Origin: Nitrospinaceae bacterium | GTDB lineage: Bacteria; Nitrospinota; Nitrospinia; Nitrospinales; VA-1 | DNA length: 64,000 bases | NCBI GenBank assembly: GCA_046754465.1 | Contig: JBHHVU010000003.1 | Coordinates: 46,700 to 110,699, forward strand | Direction: 5' to 3' | Shown here: piece by piece, positions 9,918 to 19,077 of the stretch | How the letters are laid out: every line of letters begins with the position of its first letter | Position numbering within the stretch: position 1 is the stretch's first letter | Notes under the pieces: generated by a model | Told to the model about the DNA's origin: nothing | Databases searched by the model: none | The model's input: only the letters and a program-made list of their open reading frames with translations | Translations under genes and position numbers: made by a program

Positions 9918-10853
9918 TCATATTTTCCCCAAGGTTTCCACCACCACCGAAAATACCGCGAACAAACTCTCGGGCGAACATTTATCGAGGGTATCCGTCA
10001 ACTTGTGCCAGTAGGGATAATCGAAATCGATCAACACCGCCGAGGGAATCCCTCGCTGGGCAAAGGGGTAATGGTCGTCGTAAAGGGTGTATTTGCTTTT
10101 CATCCGGAACTGGGGGAACCCTTTTTCCCGGGCCACTTTAAGGAGGAGATCCAGGAGCCAGGGCGCGCTTTTCATCGAAATCGTTTCTTTATAAATTTCC
10201 AGGTTCCGGTCGGCCACCATATCGATGATCAGGACCAGGAACGGCCAATTCTCCGTATCCCCTTTTTTCAGGCTAAGGGCATAATGGCTGGAGCCGAGAA
10301 GGTTTTCCCCCGATCCCTTGCGCCCATAGTCCTCGCCATCGAAAAAAACCAGGTGGATGGGCCTTTCCTGCCGGTGACGGTGGAAATACTGCGCCAGGGC
10401 CAATAACACGGCGGTTCCCGACCCGCCGTCGTTGGCCCCGAGAATAGGCTGCGAACGCAATGCGGGATCGGGCTCTTCATCCGCAAAGGGGCGGGTGTCG
10501 TAATGGGCGCCAATCAGAATGGGCTCTTCCGAGCGGGTCCCCCGGAACTTCAGCCGGATATTGGACATTGTCAATGGGCCATGTTTCGCCCGCGGAAGGG
10601 AAAATTTCTGGACATCCATTTCGTCGGCATATTCGCGGCCCACCTGCTTGATCCGTTCCACGGTTTGGAAGTAGCCGGGACTGCCGGGGAACCGGGGGCC
10701 ATAGCCCGTAAGGGTTTTCAAGTGGTTCCAGGCGATCTGGCGATAAGGCCGCAATTTCCCCGCGTCGTTGGCCTCGAGGTAGGACCTCCCCGAAACCCAG
10801 GCCATTCCCATCAGTAAAACAATCAGGCTGGCCTTTTTCATAAATTCCTTCAC
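9918..10853 (-). CDS. M28-family metallopeptidase / glutaminyl cyclase-like protein
   Basis: GAHYDTRP, GANDGGSG, FFDGED, DDHYPF and YWHKLTDT motifs. Confidence 0.88.
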   Translation of the reverse strand: MKEFMKKASLIVLLMGMAWVSGRSYLEANDAGKLRPYRQIAWNHLKTLTGYGPRFPGSPGYFQTVERIKQVGREYADEMDVQKFSLPRAKHGPLTMSNIRLKFRGTRSEEPILIGAHYDTRPFADEEPDPALRSQPILGANDGGSGTAVLLALAQYFHRHRQERPIHLVFFDGEDYGRKGSGENLLGSSHYALSLKKGDTENWPFLVLIIDMVADRNLEIYKETISMKSAPWLLDLLLKVAREKGFPQFRMKSKYTLYDDHYPFAQRGIPSAVLIDFDYPYWHKLTDTLDKCSPESLFAVFSVVVETLGKI

Positions 10854-10871
10854 GGGATAATCAGGATAATT

Positions 10872-11312
10872 TCAAGGTTTGATCTGTCTGGATGGCAGAG
10901 GAGACCCAACCCGGTCCCGGACTTCAAAATAATCGTTCAGAATATCCGAATGATCGAAAGCCAGGGGCTGGGGCAGTGAATCCTTGGAAAAAACACCAAC
11001 ATTTCGCGCATCGGAATCCGCCCGCGGGGTTCCCCGGGCTCGGGCCACAAAAACCGTGGATATATTATGCTGACGGGAATCCCGGCGCGGGTCGGAATAG
11101 GTGTGAAATTGCCCGATCAATTCGATGTCCAGCGAAGTTTCCTCCTTCGCTTCGCGCACCGCGGCCGCTTCCAGGGATTCCCCATAATCGACATAGCCCC
11201 CCGGCAAAGCCCAACCGTGGGGCGGATTGGACCGTTCGATCAAAACGATCTTTTCATTCCCAAGTTCTATGATCACATCGACGGTGGGAATGGGATTCCT
11301 ATGTTCCACCAT
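10872..11312 (-). CDS. NUDIX hydrolase (ADP-ribose pyrophosphatase-like)
   Basis: Nudix box [30 protein letters not shown] and LAFDH motifs. Confidence 0.92.
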   Translation of the reverse strand: MVEHRNPIPTVDVIIELGNEKIVLIERSNPPHGWALPGGYVDYGESLEAAAVREAKEETSLDIELIGQFHTYSDPRRDSRQHNISTVFVARARGTPRADSDARNVGVFSKDSLPQPLAFDHSDILNDYFEVRDRVGSPLPSRQIKP

Positions 11313-11464
11313 GGGGTTCCCCCGATAACGCGATACACCCAGTGAGCCCTGTCATTCAACCGGTTCCCATACTCCCACAGAGCCGCCCTAAAATAAAGTG
11401 CGATTGTACGCTCGTGGCGCAGGTCCCCACAGGCCCGGTTCCCGGCCGGGACGGGTTCTTTATC

Positions 11465-11493
11465 TTGACAAGGGACGCCTTTCCGGATATTTT
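11465..11493 (+). promoter_or_regulatory. sigma70-type promoter upstream of flgM
   Basis: TTGACA-N17-TATTTT. Confidence 0.45.
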
Positions 11494-11548
11494 AAGTACA
11501 TAAAATCAAATGGAACGACGCGCCTGAGGGGTAATTGCTTTACGCCAC

Positions 11549-11575
11549 TCAAGTTTTCCTTGATTTATCCGATAG
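11549..11575 (+). promoter_or_regulatory. sigma28 (FliA)-type promoter upstream of flgM
   Basis: TCAA-N15-TCCGATAG against consensus TAAA-N15-GCCGATAA, exact spacing. Confidence 0.6.
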
Positions 11576-11698
11576 GGTTTACAGGGAAGATTGCCAGGCA
11601 AAAAGCGAGCGAATGTGCATTTTTCGGGTGACAAGGGTCGCCGGAAGCGTTAAGCTATTGATAAATTAGGTCTTATTATAGGCAGGTTGGGGTGAATC

Positions 11699-12022
11699 AT
11701 GGAAATCCCCGGAATCAAAAATAAATCCATTCAGGGTAAAATTAAGGTTGGGGCCAAGCAGCCGGTCGCCAATAAGGGCGGCGAAGGCGGGTCTTCCTCT
11801 TCCGGGAACGTTCAAGGCGCCGATAAAACCGCTCTCTCTCCGCAGGCGGTCGCCCTTCAAAAAGCCGTGAATACGGTCAAGGCCGAGCCCGATGCGGTCC
11901 GTGTCGATAAAGTGGACCGAATTAAAAAAGAAATCCAGGAAGGGCGGTTCAAGGTGGATAGCCGTGATCTCGCCGAAAAGATTCTAAGGGATATCATTAC
12001 CGAAGCCAAATTTCTCGGCTGA
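11699..12022 (+). CDS. flgM: Anti-sigma28 factor FlgM
   Basis: Low-complexity N-terminus, D..ALS, and C-terminal VRVDKVDRIKKEIQEGRFKVDSRDLAEKIL. Confidence 0.85.
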   Translation: MEIPGIKNKSIQGKIKVGAKQPVANKGGEGGSSSSGNVQGADKTALSPQAVALQKAVNTVKAEPDAVRVDKVDRIKKEIQEGRFKVDSRDLAEKILRDIITEAKFLG

Positions 12023-12281
12023 CCGGCGGTTCTCCTCCCAGGTTTACCTCCTTTCTATTTCGTTCATAAAACCTTCTCCCCCCACGCATAATTCCCCTCT
12101 CCTTCAGCCTGACGCTCCAAGCCGGAAAACGGCCCGCCTGACTCCAGGCAAAAAGATCACCGCCTCCCCAATCCACGAGACGCGCGCACCTATTTTCAGG
12201 ATGGAAAAAGAATTTTTCTACGGGTTAACCAACGGATTTCCCCAACCCGCGCCGGGGGAAAACAACGGAGAAAGGAAAGGA

Positions 12282-12518
12282 TTATTTGGAGTCCATGGAG
12301 GTGGCCGGAGAGGGAAGCGTTAAAAGAAATGTGTTGAGTTTATCGATCAACACATTCACATCCATCCCGTGCATCAGGGCTCCGTTTTCCAGCGTGTCAA
12401 AATTCACCGCGAAGCAACTGCCGCAACTCATGTTGAGGTCGGTGAAAAACTTCACCGCTCCGGGATAGGCGCTGATAATTTCATTGATGGTGGTATCTTT
12501 TCCGATGATCATAATCAA
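12282..12518 (-). CDS. DUF1858 / HCP-associated redox-disulfide small protein
   Basis: IGKDTTINEII..YP, CGSC and DTLENGALMHGMD motifs. Confidence 0.8.
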   Translation of the reverse strand: MIMIIGKDTTINEIISAYPGAVKFFTDLNMSCGSCFAVNFDTLENGALMHGMDVNVLIDKLNTFLLTLPSPATSMDSK

Positions 12519-12603
12519 GACCCCCCCAAAATGACTTGCCCCTGCTGACTTGGTATGTTAGCATTTTGGTTTTCTTGAAACAATTTTTTTTACGGAGAGT
12601 TTC

Positions 12604-12795
12604 ATGGCAAAGAGGTGTGAGATTTGCGATAAAGGCCCCATGTTCGGCAATAATGTGAGCCACGCCAACAACACGACAAGACGGCGCTGGAACCCAAACT
12701 TGAAGAAACTGCGGGTGATTTACGAGGGCGCGATCCGAACGATGAAGGTGTGTACCCGGTGCCTGAAGAGCGGAAAAGCCGTGAAGGCGTGCTGA
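12604..12795 (+). CDS. rpmB: 50S ribosomal protein L28 (Zn-ribbon form)
   Basis: MAKRCEIC..GNNVSHANN.TRRRWNPN..VCTRC. Confidence 0.98.
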   Translation: MAKRCEICDKGPMFGNNVSHANNTTRRRWNPNLKKLRVIYEGAIRTMKVCTRCLKSGKAVKAC

Positions 12796-12796
12796 A

Positions 12797-15061
12797 TTAA
12801 TTGACGAAAATCTCCGCGTCCTCGGGGCGGCCTGCGTTCTCACCCATCCCCGGGACCTTGGGCCGAACCGGCCTTTTTTTCTTGTTGTATTCCTTGACCC
12901 TTTCCAAATAAATCACTCCATCCACTTCCCGAACTTTTTCCAGGGTCCGGTTCAGTTGCGCGAGATCCTGAATCTCAATGGATAGATCGAAATAGGCCCT
13001 TTTATGGGGTCCCTGCTGCACATTGGCCCGGATGATATTGATATCACAATCGGCGAAAACACTGCTGATATTGGCCAGGAGCCCCGGTTTGTCCTCGGTC
13101 ACTATGGAGATCCGCGTCGGGTAGCTGGTTTTCTGTCCGGAACCCCACTCCACCTCCACCAGACGTTCCGCTTCGTCGCTAAAGCCGCTGACACTAGGGC
13201 AATCGATATGATGCACCGTCACCCCCCGTCCTCGAGTAATGTATCCCAGGATAGGTTCCCCAGGGACGGGATTGCAGCATTTGCCGACGCGTAGCAAGAT
13301 GTCATCGTTAAAACATTTTACCTTGATGGCGCTCTCACGCGATTTTGGGGGGGACTTTTCTTTCAGTTTGATCCGGGCGCTCTCTTCTTTATCCCGCTTT
13401 TCGGCCAACTTTTCCCGGGGCAGGAGTTTTTCCACCACATGGTTGATGGAAACTTTTCCGATCCCGATCCCGGCAAGGAGGCTGTCCAACGAACTGTACC
13501 CGCAGGCATGGATGGCCTCCTCCAGTTTTTTTCCTTTCAGGACCACGGACGGGGACAATTCATAACGCCGGATTTCCTTCTCCAGCAACTCTTTCCCCAG
13601 ACCGAGGCCGCGGGCTCGTTCGCGGCTGTTGATATAATTTGCGATTCGGTTCCGGGCACGCGAAGTTTTCACAAAGGACAGCCAGTCACGGCTGGGATGT
13701 TTTTGTTTGGAGGTGATGATCTCGACCTGGTTGCCGTTTTTCAGCTTGTACCGCAGGGGAACGATCTTGCCGTCGACCTTGGCGGTCAGGCAGTGGTTCC
13801 CGATGTCGGTATGCACGGCGTAGGCGAAATCCACCGGGGTCGACCCGTACGGAAGTGAGATCACATCCCCCTCGGGCGTGAACACATACACTTCCTGAGG
13901 AAACAGGTTTATCTTGAAAGCATTCAGGAATTCCCTGGGACTTTTGAGGTCTTTCTGGCTTTCCAGAAGGTGGCGCACCCAGATCAGTTGATGATCGACC
14001 GGCTTGGTCTTTTTATCGCCCTTTTCCTTGTATTGCCAGTGAGCAGCGATACCCTCCTCGCAAACGCGGTGCATCTCCCGGGTGCGAATCTGAACTTCCA
14101 CCCGTTCCCCCTTGGGCCCGATGACGGTGGTATGAAGGGACTGGTACAAATTGGGCTTGGGCATGGCCACGTAGTCCTTGAACCGCCCGGGAATCGGCTT
14201 CCATAAAGAATGGATCAAGCCCAAAATGGCATAGCAATCCTTCACCGTTTCGGTCAACACCCGGACTCCGACGAGGTCGTAGACATCCTCGAAGTTGATG
14301 TTCTGTTCCATCATTTTTTTATAAATACTGTAATAATGTTTGGGCCGGCCGACGACCGTTCCGGAAATGTCCGCGGCCTTGACTTCCCGATCGATGGTTT
14401 CGCAGACGTGGGCGACGAATTTGCTCCGTTGTTCCTGGCAGTGGGACACCTTTTCTCTGATGAACCGGTAGTCTTCGGGATAAAGATACTGAAAGGCCCC
14501 GTTTTCGAGTTCCGTCTTGAGCCATCCTATCCCCAGCCGGTTGGCGATGGGAGCGTAAATTTCCATGGTTTCGCGGGCAATCCGGCGTTGACTCTCCTCG
14601 GAAAGCGACTCCAGGGTCTTCACGTTGTGCGCCCGGTCGGCCAGCTTGATCAGCACGACCCGAATATCGCGGGCCATGGCCAGGATCATTTTTCGGTAAT
14701 TTTCCGCCTGGGTTTCCTCCCGGCTCGAAAATTCCATCTTGCTGATCTTGGTCACCCCGTCCACCAGCTGACAGACTTCCTCTCCAAATAATTCCTGGAT
14801 TTCCTCGGGGGTGGCCAGGGTGTCTTCGATGGTATCGTGAAGAAGGCCCGCGGCCAGGGTCTTCTCGTCCATTTTCAAGAGGGTCAGGTTAAAAGCCACT
14901 TCCACGGGGTGGGAGATGTACGCCTCCCCCGAACACCGGCTTTGGCCCCTATGGGCCTTGGCGGAATACACATAGGCATCCAGCACAATGTCCACGTCTG
15001 CACCGGGATGATATTTCAGCAGGGCATCGGTAATATCCTGAATTTTATGCATACCTGTCAA
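12797..15061 (-). CDS. rel: Bifunctional (p)ppGpp synthetase/hydrolase (long RSH)
   Basis: HD domain (LLHDTIED, KLADRAHN), synthetase (RFKDYVAMPK, YQSLHT, EVQIRT), TGS, CC (KCCNP) and ACT domains. Confidence 0.96.
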   Translation of the reverse strand: MTGMHKIQDITDALLKYHPGADVDIVLDAYVYSAKAHRGQSRCSGEAYISHPVEVAFNLTLLKMDEKTLAAGLLHDTIEDTLATPEEIQELFGEEVCQLVDGVTKISKMEFSSREETQAENYRKMILAMARDIRVVLIKLADRAHNVKTLESLSEESQRRIARETMEIYAPIANRLGIGWLKTELENGAFQYLYPEDYRFIREKVSHCQEQRSKFVAHVCETIDREVKAADISGTVVGRPKHYYSIYKKMMEQNINFEDVYDLVGVRVLTETVKDCYAILGLIHSLWKPIPGRFKDYVAMPKPNLYQSLHTTVIGPKGERVEVQIRTREMHRVCEEGIAAHWQYKEKGDKKTKPVDHQLIWVRHLLESQKDLKSPREFLNAFKINLFPQEVYVFTPEGDVISLPYGSTPVDFAYAVHTDIGNHCLTAKVDGKIVPLRYKLKNGNQVEIITSKQKHPSRDWLSFVKTSRARNRIANYINSRERARGLGLGKELLEKEIRRYELSPSVVLKGKKLEEAIHACGYSSLDSLLAGIGIGKVSINHVVEKLLPREKLAEKRDKEESARIKLKEKSPPKSRESAIKVKCFNDDILLRVGKCCNPVPGEPILGYITRGRGVTVHHIDCPSVSGFSDEAERLVEVEWGSGQKTSYPTRISIVTEDKPGLLANISSVFADCDINIIRANVQQGPHKRAYFDLSIEIQDLAQLNRTLEKVREVDGVIYLERVKEYNKKKRPVRPKVPGMGENAGRPEDAEIFVN

Positions 15062-15442
15062 ACTGCCACGCTCGCTTTCTTCGGGGTGTCCCTGGGAAAA
15101 ATTTTTTCCAATTTGTCGCTATGGGTTTTACGTAGGTATAGTCTACCTCAGAGTAAGAATACTTCTCCTTCGCCTTCCATGTCAACTTTCTTTCTCCCGT
15201 GATTGCGGCGGTTTAACCAATGATGTACCGTGAAACCCGGGAACCGGGTTTTCGTTCCCGCTCCCGTTGGAAAATCGGCCCCAACCGTTGGCGTCCCGTG
15301 CCGGGCTTTCCGCGTCCGATTTCATGTTTGATAATGACCCGTTTCTTAGTAGGATAACCCCGGTCTTGAGGACCGGGATGGCGAGGCGGATCCTCGATTC
15401 CCATGGGCCGGGCCATCACTCCCAATCTTAACATCCAATTCC

Positions 15443-17575
15443 ATGACCGACCGTTCCAGGAACAAACCCTCGTTGAGCGATCCCCTTCAATACATCAAGG
15501 GAGTGGGACCGAAACGGGCACTCCTTCTCGAAAAACTGGGAATCAGGGATATCGAGGATTGCCTGTATTTTCTCCCCTTCCGTTACGAAGACCGCAGCCG
15601 GGTCAAAAAAATCGCCGAACTGACGCGCGGGGAACAGGTCACCTTTTCCGGCAAAATCGCCGACGCGGGAACTATCCGCATCGGCCGCCGGAAAGAAATC
15701 TTTGAGATCGTTATCCAGGACGGTACGGGAACGATTCGGGCCAAGTGGTTCCAGTTCAATAAACGTTACATGCTGGACCGGTTCCAAACCGGCTCCCTCT
15801 GGATCTTTTCCGGTAAGCCGGATGTGAGCCGCTACGGCGGATCAGGACTGGAACTGGTGCATCCGGATTCCGAACCGGCTACGGGGGAAGGGGATGTCTC
15901 CCTGGAAATGGGCCGCATCCTGCCCGTTTATCACACCACGGAAGGATTGCATTTGAAATCCCTGCGAGTCATCCTTAAAAACGTGGTGGACCGCTACGCG
16001 GACCTGGCGGAGGAAATTCTGCCGGAGGAAATCGTCCGGCGTCACAGGTTTCCTTCCCGCTCCCAATCCCTTCAATGGACTCACTTCCCGCCCGCGGACG
16101 CATCCTTTCCAGACCTCAACCGGTTCCACACCCCGGCGCAAAAACGGATCATTTTCGAGGAACTGTTCCTCATCCAGCTGGGCCTAGCTTTCAAGAGAAA
16201 GCACGCCGATCAAACGGTCCGGGGACGGGGCTTCAAAACCCGTGGGTCCCTGATCCGGAAGTTTATCAAACTCCTGAAATTCCAATTGACCCAGGCGCAA
16301 ATCCGGGTATTGGGAGAGATCATGGACGACCTGGAACAGGACCGGCCAATGAACCGGTTGATCCAGGGGGACGTGGGAAGCGGCAAGACAGTGATCGCGT
16401 TGATCTGCCTGCTCACCGCCGTGGAAAACGGCGCCCAGGGCGTCTTCATGGTACCCACGGAAATCCTCGCCGAACAACATTTCCTGAACATTCAACCCTA
16501 TTGTGAATCCCTGGGGCTCCACCTGGAACTCGTCACCAGCGCGGCCAGCGCTAAGGAAAAGAAATCCATCCAGAAAAAGGTCGAGGAAGGAACCACCCAT
16601 ATCGCCATCGGGACCCACGCGTTGATTCAAAAAACTTTGCAATTCCACAATCTCGGCTTGGCGGTCATCGACGAACAGCACCGGTTCGGCGTCCTGCAGC
16701 GGGAAGCGATCGGGAAAAAGGGATGGCATCCCCATATCCTGATCATGACGGCGACCCCCATTCCCCGGTCGCTCGCGCTCACCCTTTACGGGGAAATGGA
16801 TGTCTCCCTTCTGGATGAGTTTCCTCCCGGAAGGCAACCCATCACCACCTGTCTCTTTTACGAATCCACCCGCGACCAGGCCTATGACATTTTGCGGAAA
16901 GAAATGGACCAGGGCCGTCAGGCCTACGTGGTCTGTCCCCTGATCGAGGAATCGGAGACCCTGGAATTGAAAACGGCCATGGAGGTCCACGACGATCTGC
17001 GAAACCGGAGATTCCCCGGCCAGAACATCGGCCTGATCCACGGCAAAATGAAAAAAGAGGAACGGCGCAAAATCATGGCGGAGTTTCTGAAGGGAAAAAT
17101 CCACGTCCTAGTGGCCACCACCGTGATCGAGGTGGGCATCGACGTGCCCAACGCCACCCTGGTGATCATCGAGCACGCGGAACGGTTCGGGCTTTCCCAG
17201 CTCCACCAGCTTCGGGGCCGGGTGGGACGGGGAAAACACCCCTCCCAATGCCTTTTGATCGCCTACCACCCCCTTTCCGACGAGGCCCAGGCCCGGCTCG
17301 AAGCCATCGGCAAATCCAACGACGGATTCGTCATCGCCGAGGAGGACTTGAAAATCCGCGGGCCGGGGGATTTCATGGGGACGCGTCAGTCGGGGATGCC
17401 CATTCTGCGGGCCGCCAACCTGCTGCGCGATATCAAGATGCTCGAGTACGCCCGCAAGGAGGCTTTCGCGCTGGTAGACCGGGACCCGCGCCTCACCCGC
17501 GCCGATCACCAAAAACTCAAACAAATCCTGTTACAGCAGATGGGGGATAAGCTGAACCTGATGAACATCATTTGA
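15443..17575 (+). CDS. recG: ATP-dependent DNA helicase RecG
   Basis: RLIQGDVGSGKT, DEQHRFG, MTATPIPR, QLHQLRGRVGRG and DLKIRGPG motifs. Confidence 0.97.
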   Translation: MTDRSRNKPSLSDPLQYIKGVGPKRALLLEKLGIRDIEDCLYFLPFRYEDRSRVKKIAELTRGEQVTFSGKIADAGTIRIGRRKEIFEIVIQDGTGTIRAKWFQFNKRYMLDRFQTGSLWIFSGKPDVSRYGGSGLELVHPDSEPATGEGDVSLEMGRILPVYHTTEGLHLKSLRVILKNVVDRYADLAEEILPEEIVRRHRFPSRSQSLQWTHFPPADASFPDLNRFHTPAQKRIIFEELFLIQLGLAFKRKHADQTVRGRGFKTRGSLIRKFIKLLKFQLTQAQIRVLGEIMDDLEQDRPMNRLIQGDVGSGKTVIALICLLTAVENGAQGVFMVPTEILAEQHFLNIQPYCESLGLHLELVTSAASAKEKKSIQKKVEEGTTHIAIGTHALIQKTLQFHNLGLAVIDEQHRFGVLQREAIGKKGWHPHILIMTATPIPRSLALTLYGEMDVSLLDEFPPGRQPITTCLFYESTRDQAYDILRKEMDQGRQAYVVCPLIEESETLELKTAMEVHDDLRNRRFPGQNIGLIHGKMKKEERRKIMAEFLKGKIHVLVATTVIEVGIDVPNATLVIIEHAERFGLSQLHQLRGRVGRGKHPSQCLLIAYHPLSDEAQARLEAIGKSNDGFVIAEEDLKIRGPGDFMGTRQSGMPILRAANLLRDIKMLEYARKEAFALVDRDPRLTRADHQKLKQILLQQMGDKLNLMNII

Positions 17576-17818
17576 TCCTCGCTATGCAATCGGTTTACCC
17601 GCCCTTTTCACAGTTGTAACTTTCTTTTAAAAATTGAACCGTTTTGAGATTGAGTTTTCCTGTGATATTGTGATTGCGATTATGCCGGTTTTGTCGTAAT
17701 TCAACTTCAGGGAAGGAAGGGAAACCCAAAGGCCCCCGAGCGGGCCATTCCCGAACGGCGGGACAGATTACAAGAGGAATGTGGACGGGAAAAGTATTGG
17801 CCATGGAGGAAAACGAGA

Positions 17819-18592
17819 ATGAGCACAATTAAAGTTCTGATCATTGATGATGACGAGGATTACATCGTTTTGATAAGAGATTGGCTGGAGGAATCCCCCT
17901 GGAACATTGAGATGGAATCAGCTTCTTCATCCCGGGAAGGAATGGAAAAATTAAATGACGGTGATTTTGACTGCGTGTTGGCCGACTACATCATCCCCGG
18001 CGTCACCGGCCTTGAAGTCCTTAAAACCCTGAAAGATTCGGGAAACCATACCCCCGTTATCATCATGACGGCCTTTGGCGACGAAGGTTGGGGGGAAGAA
18101 TTGATTCAAAAGGGAGCCTTTGATTTTATTTCCAAGGACCATTTGAATCTGGAGGTCCTGCAAGACAAAATAAGCAAGGCCGCCTCGAAAGGAAAACAAA
18201 GAAAGGCTTTGTATGAAGGGAAAATCAGAGCCGGGGAAATCCGCCAACATATGAATTCCCCCGTGTTGAGCATCCCATCGGATTGGAACCTTCAGGAGGT
18301 CATTCAACAAATCAATTCTCACCGGGTGGGTTCCTTGCTCGTCCGGGAATCCGGAGAATTCGTGGGAATTGTCACCAAAAAGGACTTGATCCGAAAGGTG
18401 GCCGGGAAGAAACTGGATCATGAAACAACAAAAGTGTCCGCCGTCATGACGAAAAGTGTTTTGTCTCTCGACGGCAATACCCCCGCCGCGGACGCCGTAA
18501 AATTCATGCGTGAGAAAAATATCAAACGGCTGCCGGTGACGGAAGATGGAAAAATCACGGGTATTGTTTCCGTCAGGGATTTGCTGGATTAA
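17819..18592 (+). CDS. Response regulator receiver fused to a CBS-domain pair
   Basis: REC (IIDDD, phospho-Asp in LADY, MTA, ISK) followed by two CBS repeats (VGIVTKKDL, ITGIVSVRDL). Confidence 0.85.
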   Translation: MSTIKVLIIDDDEDYIVLIRDWLEESPWNIEMESASSSREGMEKLNDGDFDCVLADYIIPGVTGLEVLKTLKDSGNHTPVIIMTAFGDEGWGEELIQKGAFDFISKDHLNLEVLQDKISKAASKGKQRKALYEGKIRAGEIRQHMNSPVLSIPSDWNLQEVIQQINSHRVGSLLVRESGEFVGIVTKKDLIRKVAGKKLDHETTKVSAVMTKSVLSLDGNTPAADAVKFMREKNIKRLPVTEDGKITGIVSVRDLLD

Positions 18593-18703
18593 CCGGCCTA
18601 TCGTATGAATCGATTTATAACCGGGCCGTGAATTCCGTTGGAGACTTTCCCCGGCCCGTCACCCCTTGGGGGCTCCCAAGTGTGGGAGAGCGAGACAAAT
18701 GAA

Positions 18704-19075
18704 ATGAAAACCACTTTGGGAGACAAAATTCTGATCGCCTTGCTGATCCTCCTGAACGGATTCCTCTTCGTCAGAATGGGAAGCTGGGGGGGCGCCCAAG
18801 GGGACTGGGTGGTGATCGACCTCGACCGTAAGGAAATCGCCCGGCTGCCGCTTTCCGGGGAACGGGTGATCCCGGTGAAGGGCCGGCTGGGAATCACCGA
18901 GGTGGTGATCCACAACGGCCGGGTGCGCATTCGCCACTCTCCGTGCAAAAATAAAATCTGTATCAAGTCGGGGCCGATTCAGTACGCCGACCGCCTGGTC
19001 GCGTGTATCCCCAACCGGGTGGTGGTGCGGATCGCCGGGAAACCCCATCGCGGGTTGGACGCGGTCGTGGGTTGA
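18704..19075 (+). CDS. NusG domain II / DUF1312-family membrane-anchored protein
   Basis: GDKILI + TM segment, SPCKNKICIKSG and ACIPNRVVV motifs; start ATG 18704. Confidence 0.85.
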   Translation: MKTTLGDKILIALLILLNGFLFVRMGSWGGAQGDWVVIDLDRKEIARLPLSGERVIPVKGRLGITEVVIHNGRVRIRHSPCKNKICIKSGPIQYADRLVACIPNRVVVRIAGKPHRGLDAVVG

Positions 19076-19077
19076 CC

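Noticed and set aside
17705..17818. GGA-rich leader as a CsrA target or Csr-type sRNA
   Set aside because: The GGA motifs are not clearly in repeated hairpin loops and could arise by chance in purine-rich sequence.
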